NCBI GenBank assembly: GCA_054661495.1
Contig: BAAFSQ010000027.1
Coordinates: forward strand, 30,001-62,000
Direction of reading: 5' to 3'
From: Zygophlyctis sp. KS116
Lineage: Eukaryota > Fungi > Chytridiomycota
DNA: 32,000 bases
A program made the position numbers and the translations under genes. Positions 1 through 13,500 of the stretch are shown piece by piece; position 1 is the stretch's first letter, and every line of letters begins with the position of its first letter. Below the pieces are notes generated by a model that saw only the letters and a list, made by a program, of their open reading frames with translations, ran no database searches and was not told the origin of the DNA.

Positions 1-249
1 TTACTCATGATTTTTTGGACAAGCAAAAACATGAATCATTCTATCAATCTCTTGTTTTCCCATTAATCCTTCTTCCAATTGAATTTCTGTTTCTTCTGGT
101 GTAAATAATTGCATCAAAAACATCATTTCTGTCTCACAAACTACACAATACATGCGAGATAAATTCTTTCCAAGATAAGAGGGATGACCTCCAACTTTAT
201 TTTTAAGATTACAATCTGTAGTCTTTTCCAGGAATCCGATTTGAATCAT
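1..249 (-). CDS. PDCD2/PDCD2L (Tsr4-like) protein, 5' part only; runs off the window edge
   Basis: From ATG 249: MIQIGFLE...NKVGGHPSYL...CVVCETEMMFLMQLFTP...DRMIHVFAC, the PDCD2-family N-terminal pattern (K.GG.P, CxxC, LxQ, R.LxVFAC). The GTAA at 4..1 is probably an intron donor, not the true stop. Confidence 0.7.
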   Translation of the reverse strand: MIQIGFLEKTTDCNLKNKVGGHPSYLGKNLSRMYCVVCETEMMFLMQLFTPEETEIQLEEGLMGKQEIDRMIHVFACPKNHE

Positions 250-494
250 TACTGATAAGACACAAAAAAATTTTACTAAAAAATTTGTTTGAAAGAACCG
301 CAGCCTAACCGTCCAAGCATTACATGATTCTATGTTCACAGAGTTAATTGACAATGAGAAACTCTGAATTTAAGAACAATATCAAGAATATTATCTTGTA
401 GTCTATTGTTTAAATGGAAAAAGTTGAGTATGTGGCAAAGTGATCACGGCAGCGGTGAAAGTTTTCAAGTCGCAAAGGGTTCCCATTGTTAATT

Positions 495-1485
495 ATGGAA
501 TGGCTGGAGCAAATATCCAAATGCCAGTTCCTACCAGAGCCGGATGTTAAGAGATTATGCGATAAAGTTAAAGAACTGTTGATAGAAGAGTCGAATGTAC
601 AGCCAGTGTCTTCACCAGTGACAGTCTGCGGTGACATTCACGGACAGTTTTATGATCTCATGGAACTATTCAGAGTCGGCGGCAATATAAAGGATACAAA
701 CTATATATTCATGGGGGATTTTGTTGATAGGTATGTTTTTTAATCCGGTTGTTGGATTTATGTTTGACTGGTTGATGATTTAGAGGATATTATTCGCTAG
801 AAACATGGACATATCTGATGGTATTGAAAGTCTGCTATCCTCATAAAATAACTCTTTTAAGGGGAAATCATGAATCACGGCAAATAACTCAGGTTTATGG
901 GTTTTATGATGAATGTATACAAAAATATGGAAATGCTACAGTTTGGAAATATTGTTGTTCAGTATTTGATTATTTGACATTGGCTGCTGTAGGTTAATTG
1001 AAATGATTTTTTAGATTGTTGATGGTCAGATTTTATGTGTTCATGGTGGGCTTTCACCAGATATACGCTCATTAGATCAAATAAGAACTATACAAAGATG
1101 TCAAGAAATACCTCATGAAGGTCCTTTTTGTGATCTAGTTTGGTCTGACCCTGAAGAGATTGAAAATTGGTCAGTGTCTCCGAGGGGGGCAGGATGGCTT
1201 TTTGGGTCAGCTGTAACTACAGAATTTCTTCAAGTAAACAAACTTTCTCTCATTGCACGTGCACATCAATTAGTACAAGAAGGATATAAATTCATGTTTC
1301 CCGATAATAATTTAGTAACAGTTTGGTCTGCTCCAAATTATTGTTATAGATGCGGAAATGTCGCATCTATAATGAAAATCGATGAATCTTGTTCTATAAA
1401 GAACAACTCTTTCAAGATATTTGATGCTGTTTCTGATGCTTCAAGAAGTATCCCAAACAAAGTACCGACTCCTTATTTTTTATAA
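495..1485 (+). CDS. SIT4: Ser/Thr protein phosphatase PP6/Sit4 catalytic subunit (3 exons; introns 731-783 and 989-1014)
   Basis: GDIHG, GDFVDRG (restored across intron 1), RGNHE and [11 protein letters not shown] motifs. [16 protein letters not shown] and C-terminal TPYFL are typical of PP6 rather than PP2A or PP4. Confidence 0.9.
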
Positions 1486-1505
1486 TAATCATGTTTTGTG
1501 AAACG

Positions 1506-3467
1506 TCAATAAATGGCTTCCAAATATACATAATCAGCCCACATTTCTCTAAAAATTGAGACATAACGATTGAGATCCTCATTCCCTTCAACCAAGATTC
1601 CATTATCTTCAAGAAATCTGTATACTGTAAAGAATAGGCTTTTTGAACCAGATTTATACGCCAATTCCAAATATTTTGAAGGATTGATTAAATCTGGTTC
1701 ATTTATAAATTTAATGTATTGCAGAGCTTCCAATATCTACATTTTAGTCAAAATCTTACACGATTACCTTATTATTGGCGACTAATGCGTGTAAAACTTG
1801 CGAATTCTCCCCAAGCCTCTTTAATATATCAATCCCAGTTTGAAAATATAAAGTTTCAGGATCATTCAAGTGTTGTATCATATATTGCGCTAGAGTAGCC
1901 GAGTCAACAAGAATTCCATGTTTAAGCAGATCATTAAGTTCCGGGAGCCTATTGTCTTGAATATATAATTTTCCCAAAAGTTCAGAATAAAAAGGGCCCG
2001 GAATTTCTTGAATATCTACAAGTGATTTTATATATAGATATAAATAATCAGCCAATTTTTCAGGGGCATCCTAAATCTTTATCAAAATATTTCAATTTAC
2101 CAGAGATTCCGAAAGGCAACTAAAAACCAAAGCGAACATATCTTCTTGTGTCAAGATACAAGTATATTTAGTGCGATTACCACTCCCTGCAAATCCATAA
2201 ATTGATCCCACATATCTTAAAGTCCGACTCAAGATTGAGCGAGAAGCTCTCCCATTTTTTGATGAGATCGAATCAACATTATCAAGTATAGAATCTGAAC
2301 ATGTATATTCCTTATCAGGCAGAGAAATTTTGTAAGAATTAATTGAATTAAAAGCCATCATTAATTCTTTGTAATGTACATTCCTCCTCATCATTCCTAA
2401 AAGTACTCTAGATATATTTTCCTTTGGGTCAGCTTGAGCTAACAGGATAGAAACAAGACCTGCTGAAGGATATGCTTCACGTACAATCTCTTTATAATCC
2501 ATTGACAAAGCAAAGTAATTCCCTGTAGTTTCATTTTTCACGAAAAGATTCGGCAATACCCGCAGAGTACCATTCATACCCTGTATCCTACATTTATATA
2601 AACAATTCTCATTTCGCTGTGAAAATCCATCATATAGTCCAAATTTCTAAGGGTAAGAAGAATTTAAGAAAACACCTTTTCTGATGCTTGAAACACTACA
2701 AGAGTATTTCCATGATTTATAAATGTTATCTCTCCGATACTTTCCTTTTTTAGAGAAATTTCCAGTGTTTTATGTTCCTGGAATCTTCCCTTGACGTACT
2801 TTTTTATGATAAGGGACATGTTTGGCCCACTAAAAACATCCAAAAATCCAATAAACAGCATTGATTGTCTATAAATTTCAACACATGCTTTAAATTACAT
2901 GTAGTAAATTACAAAATTCTTTTTATGAATCAAATCCAGTTCTGAAATCCGAATATCCAACTTAAAAGAATCCAATCTTATAACATTATTCCCCTGTTTC
3001 AGACTAAAGACCGGAAACACATTTGATTGCGATGATGATAGCAAAATAATATTTTGATGCATGATATACCAATGGATTTTAAGATCAATCTTCTTTATCC
3101 TTTCCCAATTATTTTTGAGAGAATAAAACTCGAGTCCAGACACCAATACTAATATCAATTCCCCAGGCCATAGACTATCAAACCCCAAAATTGTATCAGT
3201 CGTTACAATCGTTTGAGAATTACATATTTCTAGAGAGTTTGATGAATGTAATATAAACAGCTGCTGATTCAGATATTTTACTTGTCTGAATTTAGAAATC
3301 CCTCTTTAATTAGAAGAAGCAAATTACCCCATCAACAGAGTTTCTGTATTCGGCGTTAGTAAATATATATTGTCTTTATAGATTCTAAATGAATTGCAAG
3401 AGTCATAATAGTCTTGAGAACCATTGGTTGAAGGGGGAAAGGATATCGGACTTAACAAGAGCGCCAT
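1506..3467 (-). CDS. RMC1: Regulator of MON1-CCZ1 complex (RMC1/Mic1/C18orf8-like), multi-exon
   Basis: C-terminal exons read YIKSL...LLKHGILVDS..LA...QTGIDILKRL...LEALQYIK...YLELA...LFFTVYRFLE, matching the Mic1 domain. The N-terminal part is beta-rich. Candidate ATG at 3467. Confidence 0.75.
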
Positions 3468-3485
3468 GGAAAACTTCCGCTGATT

Positions 3486-5126
3486 ATGTCACAAACTCCT
3501 TTACCGATCCAACTAAACACTAAATCGGACATGCATACAAACGCTGAAACAAAGATTAGACTAAATGATCTCTCAGCAGACTCTTGTGAACATGTATCGA
3601 ATCAGTCAGAGAAGATAAACGTCTTTGCTCGAAACCAAATAATCAATCAGACATTAGTTCGACTAAATCGGCCAATGCAGATAAGAGAAGGGCAGTTATT
3701 TCTCCAAAATCAGCAATAAAAACTCAATCAGATCTACTAAAGAGGTTGCAGGCGTCAAGTCATGGCCCATCTAGTATTAATTCAAAATGGAAATCTGTTG
3801 TTGATCCATTAAAGCCTCAGCCAATAAGATCGTAGGATTTATTATTGTTTATTTTAGGAATCTGCCCAGAAAGCTGGATCCAATTCCGCATAGTATGTTT
3901 ATTCAAAATTTAAATTGTAGCTTCACATGGAACATCTAATATGTTGAAAAATAATAATGATCTTAGCTCATCATTATTCTCTAGGCTTCACACAGTCGAA
4001 ACTCTTAATAGACAATTACAGGCCACGATTCAATTGAAGAATGCTGAAATTCAAAGAATGCAAGGAGTTATTGATACAAATTCAGCAAGTAAAAAGCTTG
4101 AAGATATAAGAGTTTTGGATATCAAGAATTCAAGTTTAGATAAAAAGGTTAAAGATATGGAAAATTGGTTTATAAGACATGGAATGATTTGGCAAGACTT
4201 AGAGGCTTGCTTTGATTTCAAGAGATTTATGAATGGTATTACAAGACTAAATGAATCTGAAGAATCAAAACCATATGCTTTCCTGGCTGTTTATAAAAAT
4301 GGTTACATTCTGGATGAAAATTCGTTTAGTTTATGGACTGCTCAAAAAGGCTTACAGTTCTTACAGGAAGTAATGCAGGGGAAATTTCCAACTGAAGCAC
4401 TGGAAAATTATCCACAGAGAGTGAGATTTGATGTTTTTGATCGACATGAACAGGACTTTGTTGATCCTGATTTTGGCGGAGATTGTGAATCAGGCTCCTC
4501 TAGTTCCTCTGAATCCTGTGGCTTATCTGAAAAGTTGGATTTCTCAAACAAAATGACATGCTTGCGAAAACAAAAGAATGATTATTCATCGAATACATCA
4601 TCTAAAATAGGAACTTTAACACATAAACCAAAACGTAATTAGAGTATGGCCAACTAACTTTTAGAATCTCTAGAGTCGTTTATGACAAAATATATTCCAA
4701 AGTATACGATTAAAGCAGGTACATGCGGACACACTTAATAATAGGACGTGTAATCCAGGTTAGAGAAGGACTGGCAGATTTAATTAATGTAATATACTTC
4801 CTTAATTATAACAGGGGACAGAAGGGAAAATCACTGTTTACAAGATAAATGCAGAGGATTCAAAAAAAGGATGCTCAAAATCTGCGAATTTAAGGATCAG
4901 AGTCACTGACTCAAAGGAATTCGTAGTTAAAATGGACTCTGCAAGCAAGATAATAGATTTAAAAAGGCTTCTTGCTAAAAATGATCTGCGCCTGTCAGAT
5001 TTATCATCTTGGGAGCTAAAACCACCACTTCAACTCAGCTCACAATTCAAAATATCAGAAAACAAAACACTTTTTGAATGTAGACTTGCTCCTACAGCAC
5101 GTCTATTTGTATCCTATCAAAAATAA
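3486..5126 (+). CDS. UBXN11: UBXN11 (socius)-like protein: coiled coil, SEP-like domain, C-terminal ubiquitin-like/UBX domain; 5' exon structure uncertain
   Basis: MENWFIRHGMIW; LAVYKNGY...FLQEVMQGKFPTE...YPQRVRFDVFD; spliced FMTKYIPKYTIKAGRVIQVR; C-terminal TLFECRLAPTARLFV. These resemble UBXN11 blocks. Joining the 3486 ORF to downstream exons requires an unconfirmed intron near 3586-3660. Confidence 0.7.
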
Positions 5127-5130
5127 GTCA

Positions 5131-6355
5131 TTAATTACGAGATTGGAGTCTAGCAGATCTTCTACGATTCGAACCACTAGCCTCTAAAACATATTCTAGC
5201 CCTCTATCAGCTAATTTATCAGCTTGGTTTACTTTTTCGGGAGAATTAACCTGTCTTTTTGGAGATTTTCGTGGTGATCTACGTGGACTACCAAGCTTAT
5301 TGTCCAAATCAGGAGTATTAGATTTAATTTCATCTTTAAGCAAACCTTGTGTTTCAGAATAAACAGTATCTTCTTGTTTCTTTAAAGCCTGTAATTTTTC
5401 TAATTTCTCTTTTCTAGAATAATATGCCTCTAATCCTATTCCCATAAAAACCACACTAACAGCCATCCATTGCCAAAGATTAATAGTATGTCCAAATAAA
5501 AATACTGAAAGCAAAATTGAAAACATTTTTCTAGTCACAGTCACTGTAACCAATGATAGAGATCCAAACCTTTGAAGCATATAAAAGATAAACAATTGTC
5601 CTAATGCCCCTGTAAGTGCAAAAATAAAAATATCTCTTAATACTGAAGGATGAGACTGTATAAATTGCATTCCATCCCCTAATTCTGAACTCCAAGGATT
5701 AAAAAAGAGATAAAGAGTCATTAATACAAATGATATTCCATTCATATTAGTCATCCTAAGTTTAAACTATAATAATAAAATACATATGAGCCCCTGTAAC
5801 TTTAAATCTATGAAAAATAACATCTTGAGTAGAATTTGTGGCACCATCTAAAAACAAATTAATTCCTAAAAGACATAAACCCCATAATGATGATCCTTTT
5901 TCTAGAGCTTCTTGTGAATGTAGCAACATGAAACCAGACACTCCAGCAGAGATAAAAATCACCGTTACATACTTGTAAATTGGAAATGTTTTGCGATACA
6001 AGATAAAATTCATGAGCATCACTGGAACCAGTTTACATGATTTCCCTAAAATCACAGTCGGATAATCAATGTGCTTCAATGCCGCATATCCAAACGGCGA
6101 CGCCAGAGTTGAAATGACTGATACTCTAAGATAATTCAAAAAGAGATCTTTGGACATGTTGATAGTCCTTGATCCAAGAGAATATAATGATCCGATCATG
6201 AATGCAGTTAGCGATTGGATTGTATTCAAAAGTATAAAATATTTAAATTTCTGACCATCATAAGAAGTTGTAGAAACTCTTTCCTGAGTAATTCCCCAAG
6301 AGAGGAAGCATACATAGACTCCAACAACACAAAACAAAAACTCAATATTTATCAT
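5131..6355 (-). CDS. HUT1: UDP-galactose/nucleotide-sugar transporter Hut1/SLC35B1 (intron 5756-5783) with an extended basic C-terminal tail
   Basis: WGITQER, SPFGYAALKHIDYPTVILGKSCKLVPVM, LDGATNSTQD and GQLFIF...FGSL...VTVTRKMFSILLS are UAA transporter family motifs. Confidence 0.9.
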
Positions 6356-6396
6356 TGATCCAATTATCGGAAGGTTTAAGTCCTCGACGCAACGGT

Positions 6397-8183
6397 TTAA
6401 AGAGATTTATTAGTCTTTCTTTGCTTTAGATTCTTGTTTTTATGATTCTTTCCAGCATTCTTTTCATTTTCTCCCTGAGCATCTTTTGCATCCAGAGTAT
6501 CCTTACCATCTTTTAATAGTTTATCATCCCGAGTCTTGAGAGTCTCGCTTTCTTCGTGATCAGAATCGTCTTCTTCATCAGACTCCTTATCATCTTCTCC
6601 AACTTGTCCAAATTCATTTCGACGACGCTTGTCTTCTGGATAAATCCATTTCTGATATAGGTATACAAGGAATACAACATCATCCCTTAAACATGCTAGT
6701 CGATGCATCATGGGCATTGTAACTACAAAAGCAAATAAATCATCTATAAAGGTATTTAAAGCCTTATACATAAATGTTTTCCATGGCATATGTGCTACAC
6801 TTTTTAATTTATAATTAATAAAGAGTTGTGGAGTCATTGATATAAATCCAAATGCATACACAAATCCAACAAGAGTTGATATTACAAATGAATACCATCC
6901 CTTATGTTCTTCATAAACCAAAGAATATATGGTATATCCTATTAAACATGGAAACAAGACATAAGAGAGATAACCAAATGCCAACTAAATTTTAAAATTA
7001 TAGAGAATACCTCATCATATTTTTGAGTCTTTTTAGTAAGTTTTGAAGGTTTCAAACGTCCTTCAAAGACTATAAAAGGCCATTTATCAGATTTTTTAAT
7101 TTTTACAGCCTTGTTTACTTTCCAAATTTCAATTAATAGACCTGTTCCAGAAGAAATTAAAATCACCCAAGAGGTGTCATTATCCAAAAGATATAAAAAC
7201 ACAATTCCTTGAAACAAAATATTTAAAACTATAGTTCTAAAAGAAAGTCCTTCTAAATTTGACTTGCTTTTCCAAAATTCAACATCATTCTTAAATGCCA
7301 AAAAATCAAATATTGAGTGTAATATTGAGACTAGAAAAGTTATAATCAACAGTACTGGATTAGTTTCTAAAAACAATCGTTTTAATTCATCCATATCTTT
7401 TGAAGGCATTCCCATAACTTCCTTTTGTACTCTAAAAGACTCTTCAAATTGTTTATAAAGCTGAAATTTCCAAAATGGAATACTAGTCACCTCTAAATAC
7501 ACTGGTACTTTTTCTACAGTATCATTTAGAGGAATTAATTGATCTTTTAACATCCAAAAATCATTAATGAAAAAAATTGGATAATACCCATTCCCATTAG
7601 ACTTAATTTCCTTTACTACATTTGGCGGTAAATTTTGTCCTAAAACCCCAAAATGATCTACTAGAGTTATAGTTATATTTGGCCACCAATGACTTTGGAT
7701 TTCTGAAGATTCCAGAGACTTATCATCATCCAACAAATTCTTTTTAGAATTCTTTAATACCTTATGAAAGCTAGTAATCTCTTTAAAAGTATAAAGCTGA
7801 TCATCACCATTGAGTAAAAAAGCATGTACAAACAGAGAAGAATTTGAATTTTCCTTTTTTAGAGTAAAATTAAAATCTACAAGTTGAGTCTTTAGCTCTC
7901 TTAATTTGAATTCCGACTTGTAAATTTCAGTTGATTGATCAGCCTGAAAATATTTATAATCTGAAAAATAGACGACAAGTTGTACGTTTTGTACATTTTC
8001 CCATAAATTCAAGAGCCGCAATTCTTGTGGCACATTTCCATTTTCCAAATTTTGACCGCCGCTAAAGAATTTAACAGCAGAAACTATATTCCTAATCATC
8101 CAAAACCAGAACAATGTTTTCAGAAGCTGCATCAGCCAAGAATTTCCATTTCCATCAGCGTTGGTCGGTTCGTTTTGAGGCAT
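6397..8183 (-). CDS. CLPTM1: CLPTM1 family membrane protein (intron 6985-7010)
   Basis: YYPIFFINDFW, FLETNP.LL, FDFLAFKNDV.FWK, FISMTPQLFINYKLKSVAHMPWK.FMYKALNTFIDDLFAF and HRLACLRDD are CLPTM1 signatures. Confidence 0.93.
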
Positions 8184-8302
8184 TCGACGGTAACCTCAGC
8201 CCCCGACTCTACACTTTGTCACTTATCAACTTATCTACAAGAGTAGATATTGACCATTCTGACAATTCTGACAAATCGGACATTCAGAAACTTCCGAATA
8301 AA

Positions 8303-10535
<2,233 letters not shown>

Positions 10536-10550
10536 AGTTTGTGTTTTACA

Positions 10551-13500
10551 TTAAAGAATACTCAAGCATGTTTGAATTTTATTTTCTGTGCAGATTTTTT
10601 CTGCCATAGTACGGCTTTCTTCCGACTTATCATAGAATTTTGAATTTTTGACCAAAAATATAATCGCTAAATATTTAGTTTTTGATTCCTTCTCCTGAGC
10701 TAGCCGTTTTGCCTCGTCCTTTATGTAATTTAGAGGAAGTGGAGCAAATTGGGGATCGGATCTTTTTTCCAGAGCCTTCGCCAGGATATGCAACTTTTGA
10801 ACCAAAAAATGACATGGCATCTTTGAAAGAGATTTTGCCATTCGGCCCGCATGTTTATGTAGCAAACCCGCAACACCAAAATCAGAGGACTTTGCAGTTT
10901 CAAAGTAACGCTGGATTGATGAAGATGCATGAGTAAGAGATGACGAAACAGTATCCTTTCTTTTTACCGAAACATTACGATCTAATTTTTCTATTCTTCT
11001 GTCTTTTAAGCTCTTGGTACTTTCTGTTATTCTTGATATATTTCTGAATTTGGCTGAAACATTGCCCATACTTGATTCAGACTCGATTTCGCAAATGATT
11101 TCATTTTCAAAAAGTGTGCAGAGCGATAAAATAGTAAGCAGAATTCCATAAATGGTAGCAGTATTTTCAATTGATATAATATCCATTAAACCTATAGCTT
11201 CATCTAACTCTTTCATAGCATCTTCGAATTTTTTAGATTGAATGTATAATTGCGACTGTATTCCATGCATCAAAAAACCCAATGTTTGATCATCCTCCAT
11301 TTCTTGTTTCAGAGATTTAATTTCTTCTTCAATAGGAAACAATGGGGCATATCCTTTAAGTATAGATATGCACATTTGAACTTGAGTATTACAAAAATAA
11401 AATCATACCAGCTCTAAATATGTGACTCTGGTTGAAAAGACCCCATGATGAGCATTCATTTATAGCAATACCACTTAATGCTATCGCTTGATCAAAAAGA
11501 CCATTGAATGTGAGAATCAATGCTTTCTGTCTTAATGCAACCAGCCATCCTTCAAAACAACCTAAAATTAAGTAAAGAATTGTAACCTTGACTTTTACAA
11601 AACTTCATACAATCTGTTGCTTGATTATCAACCATTTCCCAATTTCCAGTCGCTGTCAAATACACCATACTTAACGAAAAAGATTCAGGTGAATTACGAA
11701 CTAAAGTTTCACCGCTTGGTAAATGTTTTGAAAAGTTCTTAAAAATATATATAGACACATTTGTATGGCCAATATATAAAAGCATCAATGCAACATATAT
11801 AAACGATGTGACATGTTGAGATAAATTACGATGATTATGTTGAAGATCAATGCTTAAGAGAGATATATGACAGGCAAGCTGCTCGTATAATGAGCCATTT
11901 ATTTTCGATAGGTATTTTGACATTAGAGAAAGAAATGACGAAATTTGCCTCCATCTCGAGTGATTATCTACACATGCAAACTCCTCTGCATTGTCCAAGT
12001 TGCCCATGAACGAGTCATATTCACTTTCATTGGCAGAATTGTTTGCAAAAATTTTGTTTTTCTTTGACTTTTTACCAATTAGAGACTTCCAAGAAGCCAA
12101 AGAGACAATAGCGCTATTTTTTAAAATGATTGTTTTCCATCCCTCTTTGCAAGAAGGCCATTCATAACCTAGCTTTGAAAGGCCACTAATTATATAATCG
12201 ATGCTCTTGTGTAGGTTTAAATATTCTTCCATAGAGTTGGCAAATGTTATGGCCATATATAAATCCCATTCACTACTTAAATAGGGTCCTATCCTCTGAT
12301 GTAGCCCATATTTTTCCAATATTCGATCTACTTGCATGAATATATACTGAGCTTCCATAAATGACTCTGTGCACTTGCATAGATATGATCCTAGCATTAT
12401 AAGATATTTGATTCTCTTTTGAAGATTATTAAGGTCTGTAAAATAAGTAATAGAATAATGATATGATATAAGAGGTATAAAGACAGGCTCCGTAATAATA
12501 TTCAATCGCTGTTCGTAGTGGCTGATCAGATTCTTTTGCCTAACTAGCCTCTCACTTTCGGTAATCATTTCTAGTCTAATTATCTGCCGAACTTCAGAAA
12601 ACCGAAATTGAAATATAGCGTTTGTAGATTCAGATATTTCTTCGTCTTTATCACAACATCTTTCAAAGAATTCAAAATAGTCGTTCAGTAATAGAGTGCC
12701 AAGTAAATATTGTTTTAAAGTTTTAGTGTTTTCATTTCGGTTACGTGGCAGCGGGTAAACATTGGGCCACACGGCACATAATTCTTCAATTGAAAACCTT
12801 CGCCCAATGATACTAGCGCACTTTAAAAGCTTTTGAAATGGTTTCGATGGGAGTCTATTAAACTGCCACTTGATAATTTCACTATATGTCTTAGGGAATC
12901 AATATTGATTAAAGTTTGATGGTAAAGATATGATATATTTTCTCAATGAGAAAATATTTAAATCCAATAGAGTTTTCGATACCGCATCAAAATGCATTAC
13001 CAGTTCTTTGAGGTTACTAGAATGTATATTTACCGCCATAATTGTTGCGTATAAAAGAAATTAAGGTCTCGTTTATCGAGAGAGCAAAATGAAAGCAATT
13101 ATTTATCATAGCATATTCCATAATTTTAGAATTTTCATAATCTATATTAATATTCGCAATATCTTTCATGTTATAAATTTTATCGATCATGGATTTTCTG
13201 TAATCTATGGTCTCTCTAGATGCCATAATGAATAATACCTAATCTATAAATTGAAACCTCATACATTTTTACAATTCTGGATCAAATGAAACATAATTTT
13301 CCAGCTAGCCTAGCGATTTAATAAAATTATAAGATTACCGAATCCTGTCTCATTAATAAGGTTTTCATTTACCATCCTAAAAATGTTAAAGAAAATTGCA
13401 ATATACCATTGAATATCATCCAAAAAAAACGCCAAAGGTTTATTAACAGAGATTTTATCTATTAATCTGACCAATATATCGCCTAGGCGAGTCGTTCTTG

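Noticed and set aside
731-783. 47-53 nt introns as two recursive tiny introns
   Set aside because: There is no internal AG/GT junction in this intron or in the 50-nt tubulin intron.
3461-3474. RFX X-box upstream of the UBXN11-like gene (GCGCCATGGAAAAC)
   Set aside because: It lacks the GT left half-site, has an extra A in the right half-site, and overlaps the RMC1 start codon.
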